NCBI GenBank assembly: GCA_965224465.1
Contig: OZ245049.1
Location: forward strand, 3,390,001 to 3,422,000
Direction of reading: 5' to 3'
DNA length: 32,000 nucleotides
Origin: Flavobacteriaceae bacterium
Lineage (GTDB): Bacteria; Bacteroidota; Bacteroidia; Flavobacteriales; Flavobacteriaceae
Shown: piece after piece, positions 18,407 through 26,303 of the stretch
How positions within the stretch are numbered: the stretch's first letter is position 1
Layout: the number at the start of each line of letters is the position of its first letter
Translations under genes and position numbers: made by a program
Notes under the pieces: model-generated
Seen by the model: only the letters and a program-made list of their open reading frames with translations
Database searches by the model: none
What the model was told of the DNA's origin: nothing

Positions 18407-18907
18407 TTATCTTTTATACAGAGGCACCGTAGAACAGGCTTCTCCAAAAAAGAGGGATCTTACCACAGGTTGTAGTTTTTCTATCAAGCGAATATAAGCA
18501 GTTTCAGGAATTGCTTTTTTAGAGCAGCCTTTAATAATAACGGGCTTGTCTTTAAATTGTTCTATAGCTATTTGCGAGATAATAGTGTCAAATATAGATG
18601 TTTCCAATTGCTGTAAATCACCGATGATAATATGTCGGGCATGCTGCGTTAGCGAGGTGCTTATCAGTAAGTATGCCCATGAAGGGATAATGGCGTCAGA
18701 AGAACAGGTTAGTGCAACAAAACTATCCTTATAACGTGACCAATCATGATTTTTAACGTGTGCTCTAAAGTCTTTTTCCTTTAAGATTAGCTCTTGAAAC
18801 AACCAAGGTTTGATATCAAAAACAATGCGTTCACCGTTTGGATAATAATCTTCTAAATCCAAAGTGATTAACTTGCTATTTGCAACTCTGTTAACTATTT
18901 CTGACAT
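18407..18907 (-). CDS. Conserved hypothetical protein, DUF2480-like, linked to the SUF accessory genes.
   Basis: A 166-aa ORF lies 20 nt downstream of the DUF59 gene on the same strand. Its N-terminus (SKLITLDLEDYYP...) resembles the flavobacterial DUF2480 proteins that accompany suf genes. The family assignment is tentative. Confidence 0.55.
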   Translation of the reverse strand: MSEIVNRVANSKLITLDLEDYYPNGERIVFDIKPWLFQELILKEKDFRAHVKNHDWSRYKDSFVALTCSSDAIIPSWAYLLISTSLTQHARHIIIGDLQQLETSIFDTIISQIAIEQFKDKPVIIKGCSKKAIPETAYIRLIEKLQPVVRSLFFGEACSTVPLYKR

Positions 18908-18926
18908 ATGATGTGTTGTTAATAGC

Positions 18927-19247
18927 TTATAAAAAGCCCAATTCTAGCTTGGCTTCTTCACTCATTAAATCCTGTGTCCAAGTTGGATCAAAAGTAATTT
19001 CTACTTCACATCCTTTTACCTCTTCCAATTCCTTTACCTTTTCTTCTACTTCTACGGGAAGCGTTTCTGCTACCGGGCAGTTAGGAGACGTTAAGGTCAT
19101 TAAAATCTTTACGTCATTCTCATCACTGATCATAACATCATATATCAATCCTAATTCGTAGATGTCTACAGGTATTTCCGGGTCGAAAATAGCTTTGAGT
19201 TGACCTATAATTTTTGCTCCTAAATCTTGTACGTGTTCGCTGTTCAT
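18927..19247 (-). CDS. SUF-system Fe-S cluster assembly protein (DUF59/MIP18 family).
   Basis: 106 aa with DPEIPVDIYELGLIYDV and MTLTSPNCP motifs, which are characteristic of DUF59 proteins. Confidence 0.8.
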   Translation of the reverse strand: MNSEHVQDLGAKIIGQLKAIFDPEIPVDIYELGLIYDVMISDENDVKILMTLTSPNCPVAETLPVEVEEKVKELEEVKGCEVEITFDPTWTQDLMSEEAKLELGFL

Positions 19248-19289
19248 GTCTTTTTAATTCAATCTAAATAAGTGCAAAGATACAATTTC

Positions 19290-19712
19290 TTATCCTAACT
19301 TTGATTGGTAGGCTAATGCGTATAGTTTTAATTGTTTTACCATGGCTAATAATCCATTGGCACGCGTTGGTGATAAATGTTCTGTCAAACCTATTTTATT
19401 TATAAAAAATAGATCGGCTTCTAGGATTTTCATAGGAGATTGGTTGGATAATATACGTACAAGTAAGGCTACAATTCCCTTCGTAAGTATGGCATCACTA
19501 TCTGCGGTGAAATTTATTTTATCTTCCTTTATATCAGCGTGTAACCACACTTTTGATTGGCATCCAACAATAAGGTTATCTTTCGTTTTATAGGCGTCTT
19601 CAATGATCGGTAAATCCTTTCCTAGTTCAATAATATACTCATAGCGTTCCATCCAATCTTCGAACATCGAAAACTCATCTATAATCTCCTCTTGTATCTC
19701 TTTGATACTCAT
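19290..19712 (-). CDS. sufE: Cysteine desulfuration protein SufE.
   Basis: 140 aa, with the conserved active-site context VGCQSKVWL and a SufE-like length and architecture. Confidence 0.85.
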   Translation of the reverse strand: MSIKEIQEEIIDEFSMFEDWMERYEYIIELGKDLPIIEDAYKTKDNLIVGCQSKVWLHADIKEDKINFTADSDAILTKGIVALLVRILSNQSPMKILEADLFFINKIGLTEHLSPTRANGLLAMVKQLKLYALAYQSKLG

Positions 19713-19781
19713 TATTTTGTGTATTTATGGTTTACTAAATAAATTTCGTGGCAAATTAGGTAAAAAATAATGTGAAATACT

Positions 19782-19789
19782 TATTTTTG
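19782..19789 (+). promoter_or_regulatory. Candidate Bacteroidota -7 promoter element (TAnnTTTG) for the PfkB kinase gene.
   Basis: tatttttg lies 39 nt upstream of the ATG. It sits inside a perfect 16-nt palindrome (tatttttgcaaaaata), so the same motif also reads on the minus strand toward sufE. Confidence 0.3.
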
Positions 19790-19827
19790 CAAAAATATTT
19801 AAAAGTTCGTATTTAATATATAATTGT

Positions 19828-20748
19828 ATGAGTAAATTATTAGTAGTTGGCACCGTGGCATTTGATGCCATAGAAACACCCTTTGGGAAAACAGATAAAA
19901 TTTTAGGTGGAGCAGCCACATATATTGGTCTTTCTGCATCTCATTTTGGGGTAGATTCAGGGATTGTATCCGTAGTTGGAGGGGATTTTCCAGATGATTA
20001 CTTGCACATGTTAAATGCAAAAAACATTAATACAGATGGTGTTGAAGTAATCAAGTCTGGAAAAACATTTTTCTGGTCAGGAAAATATCACAACGATATG
20101 AATTCTAGAGATACCTTGGCTACGGAGTTGAATGTATTGGAACATTTTAAACCTGTGGTACCCGATAATTATAAGAACAGTGATATTGTTATGCTAGGGA
20201 ATTTACATCCATTGGTACAAGCATCTGTATTGGATCAAATGACAGTAAAACCTAAATTATCTATTTTGGATACGATGGATTTCTGGATGGATATAGCTTT
20301 GGATGATTTGTTAGCTGTAATTAAACGTGTAGACGTAATTACCATAAACGATGAAGAAGCAAGGCAATTGAGTGGTGAATATTCTTTGGTAAATGCAGCA
20401 AAGATAATTCATAAAATGGGGCCGAAATACGTGGTTATAAAAAAAGGAGAGCATGGCGCGTTACTTTTTAATGAAGGGAAAATGTTTTATGCACCAGCCA
20501 TGCCATTGGCTGAAGTTTTTGATCCAACGGGTGCAGGAGATACTTTTGCAGGTGGTTTTGCTGGTTACCTCGCAAAAACAGAAGATTTGTCTTTTGAAAA
20601 TTTAAAAAATGCTGTGATTTACGGTTCTAATCTCGCTTCGTTTTGCGTGGAGAAATTCGGAACAGAACGCATGCAAGAGCTTACGTTGGACGAAGTAAAA
20701 GAACGACTGGAACAATTTAAAGAATTGACACAATTTAATATCAAATAG
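19828..20748 (+). CDS. PfkB-family carbohydrate kinase (substrate unknown).
   Basis: 306 aa with the signature DPTGAGDTFAGGF near the C-terminus and an N-terminal GG dipeptide region (LGGAATY). Confidence 0.85.
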   Translation: MSKLLVVGTVAFDAIETPFGKTDKILGGAATYIGLSASHFGVDSGIVSVVGGDFPDDYLHMLNAKNINTDGVEVIKSGKTFFWSGKYHNDMNSRDTLATELNVLEHFKPVVPDNYKNSDIVMLGNLHPLVQASVLDQMTVKPKLSILDTMDFWMDIALDDLLAVIKRVDVITINDEEARQLSGEYSLVNAAKIIHKMGPKYVVIKKGEHGALLFNEGKMFYAPAMPLAEVFDPTGAGDTFAGGFAGYLAKTEDLSFENLKNAVIYGSNLASFCVEKFGTERMQELTLDEVKERLEQFKELTQFNIK

Positions 20749-20760
20749 TAAGCTATAAAT

Positions 20761-20790
20761 AATTCCGCATTTTTGCGGAATTATTATTTT
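20761..20790 (+). terminator. Rho-independent terminator after the PfkB kinase gene.
   Basis: A 9-bp stem (aattccgca / tgcggaatt) with a tttt loop is followed by the T-rich tail attatttt. It overlaps the TTG-extended version of the purF ORF, which argues against that start. Confidence 0.7.
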
Positions 20791-20823
20791 AATACAATCA
20801 CCAAAATACAACAAATCTACACT

Positions 20824-22722
20824 ATGAGTGATGCAATAAAACACGAATGTGGAATCGCAATGGTTCGTTTAAAAAAACCATTAGAATTTTATCAAAAAAA
20901 ATATGGAACTGCTTTTTATGGCTTAAATAAAATGTACTTGTTAATGGAAAAACAGCACAATCGTGGTCAAGATGGTGCGGGAATTGCAAGTATTAAATTT
21001 GATGTTGCTCCTGGTACACGGTATATTAGTAGAGTACGTTCCAACCAAGCGCAACCTATTCAGGATATCTTTGCTCAGATCAATACCCGTTTAGAAAAGG
21101 CATGGGAAGGCAATGAAGATAAGAAAGAGGATGTAGCATGGCAATTAAATAATCTGCCTTACTTAGGAAATTTGTTTCTAGGCCATGTTAGATATGGAAC
21201 TTTCGGTAATAATAGCATCGAAAGTGTACATCCATTTTTACGTCAAAGTAACTGGATGCATCGTAACTTATTGGTAGCGGGAAACTTTAATATGACCAAT
21301 TCAAATCGCATGTTTGACGATTTAGTAGAATTAGGGCAACATCCAAAAGAAATGACGGACACCGTGACGGTGATGGAAAAAATAGGTCATTTTATTGATG
21401 ATGAAGTATTGGATTTATACCATGAATTAAAGAAAGAAGGCTATAGTAAAAAAGATGCATCTCCAATTATAGGAGAACGTATGGATATAAAAAGCATCCT
21501 TCAAAAATCTTCAAAAAATTGGGATGGTGGTTATGCCATGGCAGGAGTACTTGGACATGGTGATGCTTTTGTGTTGAGAGATCCAGCAGGAATTAGACCT
21601 ACTTTTTATTTCGAGGATGATGAGGTGGTTGTCGTTGCTTCTGAACGCCCCGTAATACAAACAGTTTTCAACGTTGCTATTAATGATGTAAAAGAATTGG
21701 ATCGCGGTCATGCTTTAATTATCAAGCAAAACGGGAAGGTTACTGTAGATAAGATATTAGATCAATTGCCTAAAAAATCATGTTCTTTTGAACGTATCTA
21801 TTTCTCTCGTGGTAGCGATGCAGATATCCATACAGAACGTAAAAATTTAGGAAAATTAGTCTTTCCTCAAATCTTAGAAAAAATAGATGGAGATATGAAA
21901 AACACCGTTTTTTCATACATTCCTAATACCGCAGAAACTTCTTTTTATGGACTTAGAGAGGCAGCAGAAGATTATGTAAATACTCAAAAATTAGAGATTC
22001 TGTCTATAGAAAATAACAAACTGTCTGCAGAAGAATTGAAATCAATTTTGTTAGAGCGTCCACGTATCGAAAAATTGGCAATTAAAGATGCAAAATTGCG
22101 AACGTTTATTGCAGATGATAAAAGTCGTGACGATCTAGTTGCACATATTTATGATGTAACTTACGGAATTGTAAAACCCGACGATAATTTGGTGATTATT
22201 GATGATAGTATTGTTCGTGGGACTACGTTAAAGCAAAGTATCATTAAAATATTGGATCGTTTGTCTCCAAAGAAAATTGTAATTGTTTCTTCAGCTCCTC
22301 AAATTAGATATCCAGATTGTTATGGAATTGACATGGCTAGATTGGGTGATTTTATTGCTTTTAGAGCAGCCATCGAGCTATTAAAAGACCAAGGACAAGA
22401 GGCTGTTATAAAATCTGTATACGACAAATGTAAAGCGCAGCAAGGGAAACCAGATGTTGAAATTTCAAATTTTGTTAAAGAAATATATGTGTCATTTACC
22501 GATGCTCAAATTTCAGATAAAATAGCCGAAATGCTAAAAACTCATGAAATAAAAGCAGAAATTCAAATTATCTATCAATCTGTAGAAAATTTACATGTAG
22601 CCTGTCCAGATCATTTAGGTGATTGGTATTTTACGGGTGATTATCCTACTCCAGGAGGGATGCGAGTGGTAAACGATTCGTATATCAACTTCTTTGAAGG
22701 GAATAATAAAAGGGCTTATTAA
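20824..22722 (+). CDS. purF: Amidophosphoribosyltransferase (class-II glutamine amidotransferase plus PRTase domain), long Bacteroidota form.
   Basis: An N-terminal short propeptide precedes the catalytic Cys (MSDAIKHECGIAMV). The class-II GATase motifs NRGQDGAGI and GHVRYGT are present, as is a PRPP-binding loop (LVIIDDSIVRGTT). The start is set at ATG 20824 rather than TTG 20773. Confidence 0.85.
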   Translation: MSDAIKHECGIAMVRLKKPLEFYQKKYGTAFYGLNKMYLLMEKQHNRGQDGAGIASIKFDVAPGTRYISRVRSNQAQPIQDIFAQINTRLEKAWEGNEDKKEDVAWQLNNLPYLGNLFLGHVRYGTFGNNSIESVHPFLRQSNWMHRNLLVAGNFNMTNSNRMFDDLVELGQHPKEMTDTVTVMEKIGHFIDDEVLDLYHELKKEGYSKKDASPIIGERMDIKSILQKSSKNWDGGYAMAGVLGHGDAFVLRDPAGIRPTFYFEDDEVVVVASERPVIQTVFNVAINDVKELDRGHALIIKQNGKVTVDKILDQLPKKSCSFERIYFSRGSDADIHTERKNLGKLVFPQILEKIDGDMKNTVFSYIPNTAETSFYGLREAAEDYVNTQKLEILSIENNKLSAEELKSILLERPRIEKLAIKDAKLRTFIADDKSRDDLVAHIYDVTYGIVKPDDNLVIIDDSIVRGTTLKQSIIKILDRLSPKKIVIVSSAPQIRYPDCYGIDMARLGDFIAFRAAIELLKDQGQEAVIKSVYDKCKAQQGKPDVEISNFVKEIYVSFTDAQISDKIAEMLKTHEIKAEIQIIYQSVENLHVACPDHLGDWYFTGDYPTPGGMRVVNDSYINFFEGNNKRAY

Positions 22723-22751
22723 TAGAAATTAAGATTTTTCTATATTTAAAT

Positions 22752-22782
22752 AAACCTCTTGCTTCGGTAAGAGGTTTTTTTT
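22752..22782 (+). terminator. Rho-independent terminator after purF; it marks the end of the core block.
   Basis: The stem aaacctcttgc / gtaagaggttt has a ttcg loop and is followed by a T run. Confidence 0.85.
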
Positions 22783-22910
22783 GTCTAGGGAATACAAAGA
22801 TTGCGATCCGTTTTGTCTCGACAAAAATGGTGTATTTGCGATTTATATCGCTTAGTTGAATTCAGCCAGTATGGAAGTTTGTTTCTTTTTAAAGAGTGAA
22901 AACTTGAGTT

Positions 22911-22946
22911 ATACCAAATACATTTCCAAGTGGCGGTTTAGAAATG
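22911..22946. repeat. Copy 2 of the ~36-nt intergenic repeat seen at 13709-13744.
   Basis: ataccaaatacatttccaagtggcggtttagaaatg compared with ataccaaatacagttccaagtgactgtttagaaatg. Confidence 0.6.
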
Positions 22947-23055
22947 TAGGCTTCATACCAAAAAACGCAAAATTTCCGTTAGGATATTTAAATGAAATTA
23001 TATTGTAAGTTCTATAATCCTTTTAAGATTATAATTGGACACCTTGTTATTATAG

Positions 23056-24059
23056 AACTCTTTTTGAAGACATCCATTCCTCTAAAACAGTTACTTTCAG
23101 CTTTAATTTCAGTAAGTTTTTGTTAGGCAGCTGATTCTAGGTATAGCCCGTAAATACATGTTTTATGTACTCCTAACCGTTTCATAATAAGCGCACCGTA
23201 TCCATAGCAATTATTATTTATTTTGTTAGGTCAAAAAAAGACTGCCTAGTAAGAGCCTTGCTTCATTCATGCTTTTAAAATCAGTAGAATAGTAATCAAT
23301 CCTTTATAATAACTATGTAAACAAAGGTCAATAACCTCTGGGCAAGCCCACGAGGCATGATAAAGAAAAAAACCTTAATCATTTCGATGCAAGCATCGGG
23401 GAATTAAACCCACTAGTGGGATTAAAATACAGAAACACACGTGCGTATAACATTATTTTATATATTTGCCTTACGTTTTAAAAATAAATACGCCTTAATA
23501 TTAAGCCCACCCTGCATTGTGAACTAAATGGATATGCCATCATGTTTACAATTGCTATTGTGAGGATATGTGTATTACAAAGCATTGACACACGCAAACA
23601 CACAACATAGAATAACAAAACAACATGGTAAAAGCAATATTAATAATAGATGGAAAAGAAGTAAACGTACGTTGGTTTACCATCAATTTTAATCAAGGAG
23701 CAAACCCTAACGGGAGACCCTCACAGAAACCCATATTTATAGGTTTTAAACTAATTATAGAAACTAGAAAAGACCTAAATCTTACTGACTGGGCATTTTC
23801 CTCTAGACAAACAAAACAGATAGTATTACATCTTAATTCCGTTATTTTGGGAGGGAAAACAAGAAAAATATTTTTCTATGACTGTCATCTTGTAAACTGG
23901 AAAACCAATTTTTCTTCTACAGGCTCAGATCCAATGACGGAAACTTTAGAAATCACCTGTGCTGGTGTTGAAGATTCTAATTCGTCTGGTGTGTATTCTG
24001 CCTCTTGGAGGGTTACGTATCCAGAACTAGAAGTCGAACCAACAATTAGAGATGATAAT
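23056..24059 (+). repeat. Conserved 5' block, copy 1: ~570-bp upstream region plus Hcp-like codons 1-145. It is homologous to 28187-29120.
   Basis: Manual alignment of the coding part finds about 20 mismatches and no indels in 435 nt. The upstream part is clearly homologous but has indels, and copy 1 is about 70 bp longer. Homology stops abruptly after ...gatgataat (24059 / 29120). Confidence 0.85.
23461..23468 (+). promoter_or_regulatory. Candidate -7 promoter element (TATATTTG, consensus TAnnTTTG) for cassette 1.
   Basis: The motif lies about 157 nt upstream of the Hcp-like ATG. It is conserved at the equivalent position of cassette 2 (28516-28523). Confidence 0.4.
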
Positions 24060-24314
24060 ATAGAAAAAACTATTATAGAATCTTTTTTTGAAGATAAAAA
24101 AACGATGCAAAAGATTGATTTTTTAAAACCTAATATGAATGTTAATTTAGTCTTGAAGCTAAAAAACATGGAAAACACATCTATTGACATAGATTTATCA
24201 GAATATAAAGTAGGTTTTGAGCATAATGGCAATAAATTAGACGATGATATTTTAAAAGAGATAGATATTTCAAGTGATACTAAAAAAATAAATTTAAAAA
24301 CTACTAAAAAATAA
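23625..24314 (+). CDS. tssD: TssD/Hcp-like tube protein (Bacteroidota T6SSiii type) with an ~84-aa C-terminal extension, copy 1.
   Basis: The first ~140 aa follow the pattern I remember for Bacteroidota TssD. It runs: short N-terminus, L.IDGKE..V..f...F.Q....nGRPS, then ....E...D..L..W, then F.D...V.....F...G..PM...L.I. Canonical TssD is about 130-150 aa, whereas this protein is 229 aa. There is no signal peptide. Confidence 0.6.
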   Translation: MVKAILIIDGKEVNVRWFTINFNQGANPNGRPSQKPIFIGFKLIIETRKDLNLTDWAFSSRQTKQIVLHLNSVILGGKTRKIFFYDCHLVNWKTNFSSTGSDPMTETLEITCAGVEDSNSSGVYSASWRVTYPELEVEPTIRDDNIEKTIIESFFEDKKTMQKIDFLKPNMNVNLVLKLKNMENTSIDIDLSEYKVGFEHNGNKLDDDILKEIDISSDTKKINLKTTKK

Positions 24315-24319
24315 TAATT

Positions 24320-25549
24320 ATGGCTATTATAACAGAAGTAGGAAACCCAAGTAACTCTTATTCTTTTAAACCATTAGAAGTATGGGAATTTACTCCAATT
24401 GTACTTTTAAATAAAGAACCTACGGATTACGATAGAATAGAAGACATAATACTTCTTTACAATGTAGATGAAAAGGTTGAATTATCTGATAAACTAAGTA
24501 CTTCTATAAGTAGTAAATATACACTTATGGAGTTTACAACAGAATTAGATACACTAACATTAAGTTTTATTGTAAAGAATGGAACTACTGACCAATTTTA
24601 CGACGAAGACGGATATATTAAGCCTCAATTAACGTTAATTGATAATAATAATAATAATAAAGACACTAAAAATACGATTGAAATCACTAAAAATGAAAGT
24701 TTTTTAATAGATTACGATAAAAAAGAAACAACAGAAATTGAAGTCGATATTTCTATAAAATCAAAAAATGATATATCTTTTTATGTAGATTTTTATGCTA
24801 ATGATGATAAAAAGTATTTTGATGTTGAGGGAGCTTATAAAAATGTATTTTGTGGTAGAGTAAAAATAATTTACAATACTGATAATGAATGGCAGTTTTC
24901 TTTAAATGAAATTGAAAAGATTAAAACTTATGCTATTACTAATAATGTAGATTATAGAAATTCTTTTAAGAAAGATCGTAAAGATAGAAAATACACTGAT
25001 TACCACCATTGTACCGATACTCATAAAAATATTGTGTACCAACTATTAAATAATCCTACCGATTTATATCTTGGAGAAAATCAAACAAAAAACAGAAAGA
25101 CTCCCAGAGATTATGAAAAAGCAGGGGAATCAACAACTCATGGAGTTAGGAATAGACTAATAGCATCAACTTATGCTGAATCTTCAAAAAACTTTACTGT
25201 TATTGATATTAATAATAACGAAGTTTTAAATAGTGGACAAGCAGGGAATACAGATGTGAAATTAAGTAAGTTTAAAGAAAGCCCTGTTGTATATATGAAA
25301 AATAAATGCCCTAAAGATGGCTATTATATATTTATTGGAGCATATAATGATGATTATCATTCTTTTACTATTGTAGCTAATAAGCGTGGGGAGAATATTA
25401 ATTTCATCTTTATAGACCAAGTAGTTGGAATAAGTAGTTTCACTGAAAGTAATTTTGAAAAATCTAAGTTATTAAGGAACATTGATAGTTATTCTTTTGA
25501 CTACCCTATGAAATTAGAATTATTTCAATTAAGAAATAAAAAGAAATAA
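24320..25549 (+). CDS. Hypothetical protein; candidate T6SS cargo toxin (effector 1).
   Basis: A 409-aa ORF starts 5 nt after the Hcp-like stop. It has no signal peptide or T9SS CTD and is Asn/Lys-rich. I recognise no catalytic motif. A lipoprotein gene follows after 2 nt, which is typical effector-immunity coupling. Confidence 0.75.
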   Translation: MAIITEVGNPSNSYSFKPLEVWEFTPIVLLNKEPTDYDRIEDIILLYNVDEKVELSDKLSTSISSKYTLMEFTTELDTLTLSFIVKNGTTDQFYDEDGYIKPQLTLIDNNNNNKDTKNTIEITKNESFLIDYDKKETTEIEVDISIKSKNDISFYVDFYANDDKKYFDVEGAYKNVFCGRVKIIYNTDNEWQFSLNEIEKIKTYAITNNVDYRNSFKKDRKDRKYTDYHHCTDTHKNIVYQLLNNPTDLYLGENQTKNRKTPRDYEKAGESTTHGVRNRLIASTYAESSKNFTVIDINNNEVLNSGQAGNTDVKLSKFKESPVVYMKNKCPKDGYYIFIGAYNDDYHSFTIVANKRGENINFIFIDQVVGISSFTESNFEKSKLLRNIDSYSFDYPMKLELFQLRNKKK

Positions 25550-25551
25550 AA

Positions 25552-26175
25552 ATGAAAAAATATTTTTTAATATTACTCGTCCTATTATTTATATTTAATT
25601 GTAATGGTTCTAAACAAGATAGTAAAGTAAACCTTGATAAGGTTAATTCTAAAATCACTTTAAATAAAGTGATTTTAGATACGTTAAAAGTTAAAAAGAA
25701 ACTATTAACAATAAATAATTTTAACCTTTTATTGTCTAAAATAAAAAACGTAAAAAATGTAGGAGAAAAGCATAAAGACTGGATGTCTAATAAAGCAAGG
25801 ACTTTAGATTCACTTTTTCTACTTGATAATCGAGAATTTTCTGTAAAAACAATAAGTTATGAGTACAAAAAAAATGTAATATTTTATGTTCATGATTTAA
25901 AACATATAAACGATACTATAAGTATAAAGCCTTTTTTAGAAAATGCACAAGGAAAAACTAGTGAAGGTTACTTAGGGGAACGTGTATTAATTTTTGCAAT
26001 GAAAAACAATAAAGATGCAAATTTTATTGATATACCTGTAAATTGGAACTATGGCGAGTTAGAGGATGAGCTTCTTGAAATATTATATAAAAATATAGAT
26101 AGTGATGTAATAATTTGTAGAAATATAGACACCTGTATATATATTAGGGATTTACGAAAAATGAAGTCTGAATAA
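25552..26175 (+). CDS. Lipoprotein; candidate cognate immunity protein for effector 1.
   Basis: 207 aa with an SPII-type signal and lipobox (MKKYFLILLVLLFIFN-C). It is translationally coupled to the upstream ORF through a 2-nt gap. Confidence 0.75.
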   Translation: MKKYFLILLVLLFIFNCNGSKQDSKVNLDKVNSKITLNKVILDTLKVKKKLLTINNFNLLLSKIKNVKNVGEKHKDWMSNKARTLDSLFLLDNREFSVKTISYEYKKNVIFYVHDLKHINDTISIKPFLENAQGKTSEGYLGERVLIFAMKNNKDANFIDIPVNWNYGELEDELLEILYKNIDSDVIICRNIDTCIYIRDLRKMKSE

Positions 26176-26303
26176 AAAATATAGGTCAGTTACCAAATAC
26201 CTAGCTAAAATTACGTGGGTCGGTGGGGTCCCAATAATTTTATTGTTGCACTGAAAAAAAATGTAATATTTTATGTTTTAAAACATCTTAAATTTTATAC
26301 AAA

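Noticed and set aside
19725-20020. Two minus-strand ORFs (64 and 73 aa) across the sufE/pfkB divergent region.
   Set aside because: They overlap the promoter region and the 5' end of the well-supported PfkB kinase gene and have no recognisable features.
20773-20823. Upstream TTG-initiated N-terminal extensions of purF (20773), hflX (15023) and the IS30 transposase (27152).
   Set aside because: In each case an ATG a few codons downstream gives the canonical family N-terminus: MSDAIKHECG, MIDQKI and MKHITQAQRY. The purF extension also overlaps the PfkB terminator hairpin.
22836-22866. A possible relic IS30 right end upstream of cassette 1 (ttgcg...gaattcagc), plus a weak IR-L-like aaacgcaaaattt at ~22961-22975.
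   Set aside because: Only a 9-mer and a 5-mer match, with different spacing, and the order of the two pieces is wrong for a single element. The evidence is too weak to call without alignment to other IS copies.
23508-23560. A potential riboswitch-like hairpin in the Hcp leader (attgtgaac / gtttacaat).
   Set aside because: The pairing is not maintained, and shows no covariation, in the cassette 2 leader. I recognise no known riboswitch consensus.
23885-24232. Antisense ORFs opposite both Hcp-like genes (115 aa at 23885-24232 and 168 aa at 28946-29452) that are partly conserved between the cassettes.
   Set aside because: Their conservation is a by-product of the ~95% identical Hcp-like core on the plus strand. 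The conserved part ends where the Hcp core ends, and the translations are Ser/Phe-rich with no motif.
24642-24660. An (AAT)n trinucleotide run in effector 1.
   Set aside because: It is in-frame and encodes only a poly-Asn linker. Length changes would not switch the gene off. It is noted under the effector finding rather than as a separate feature.
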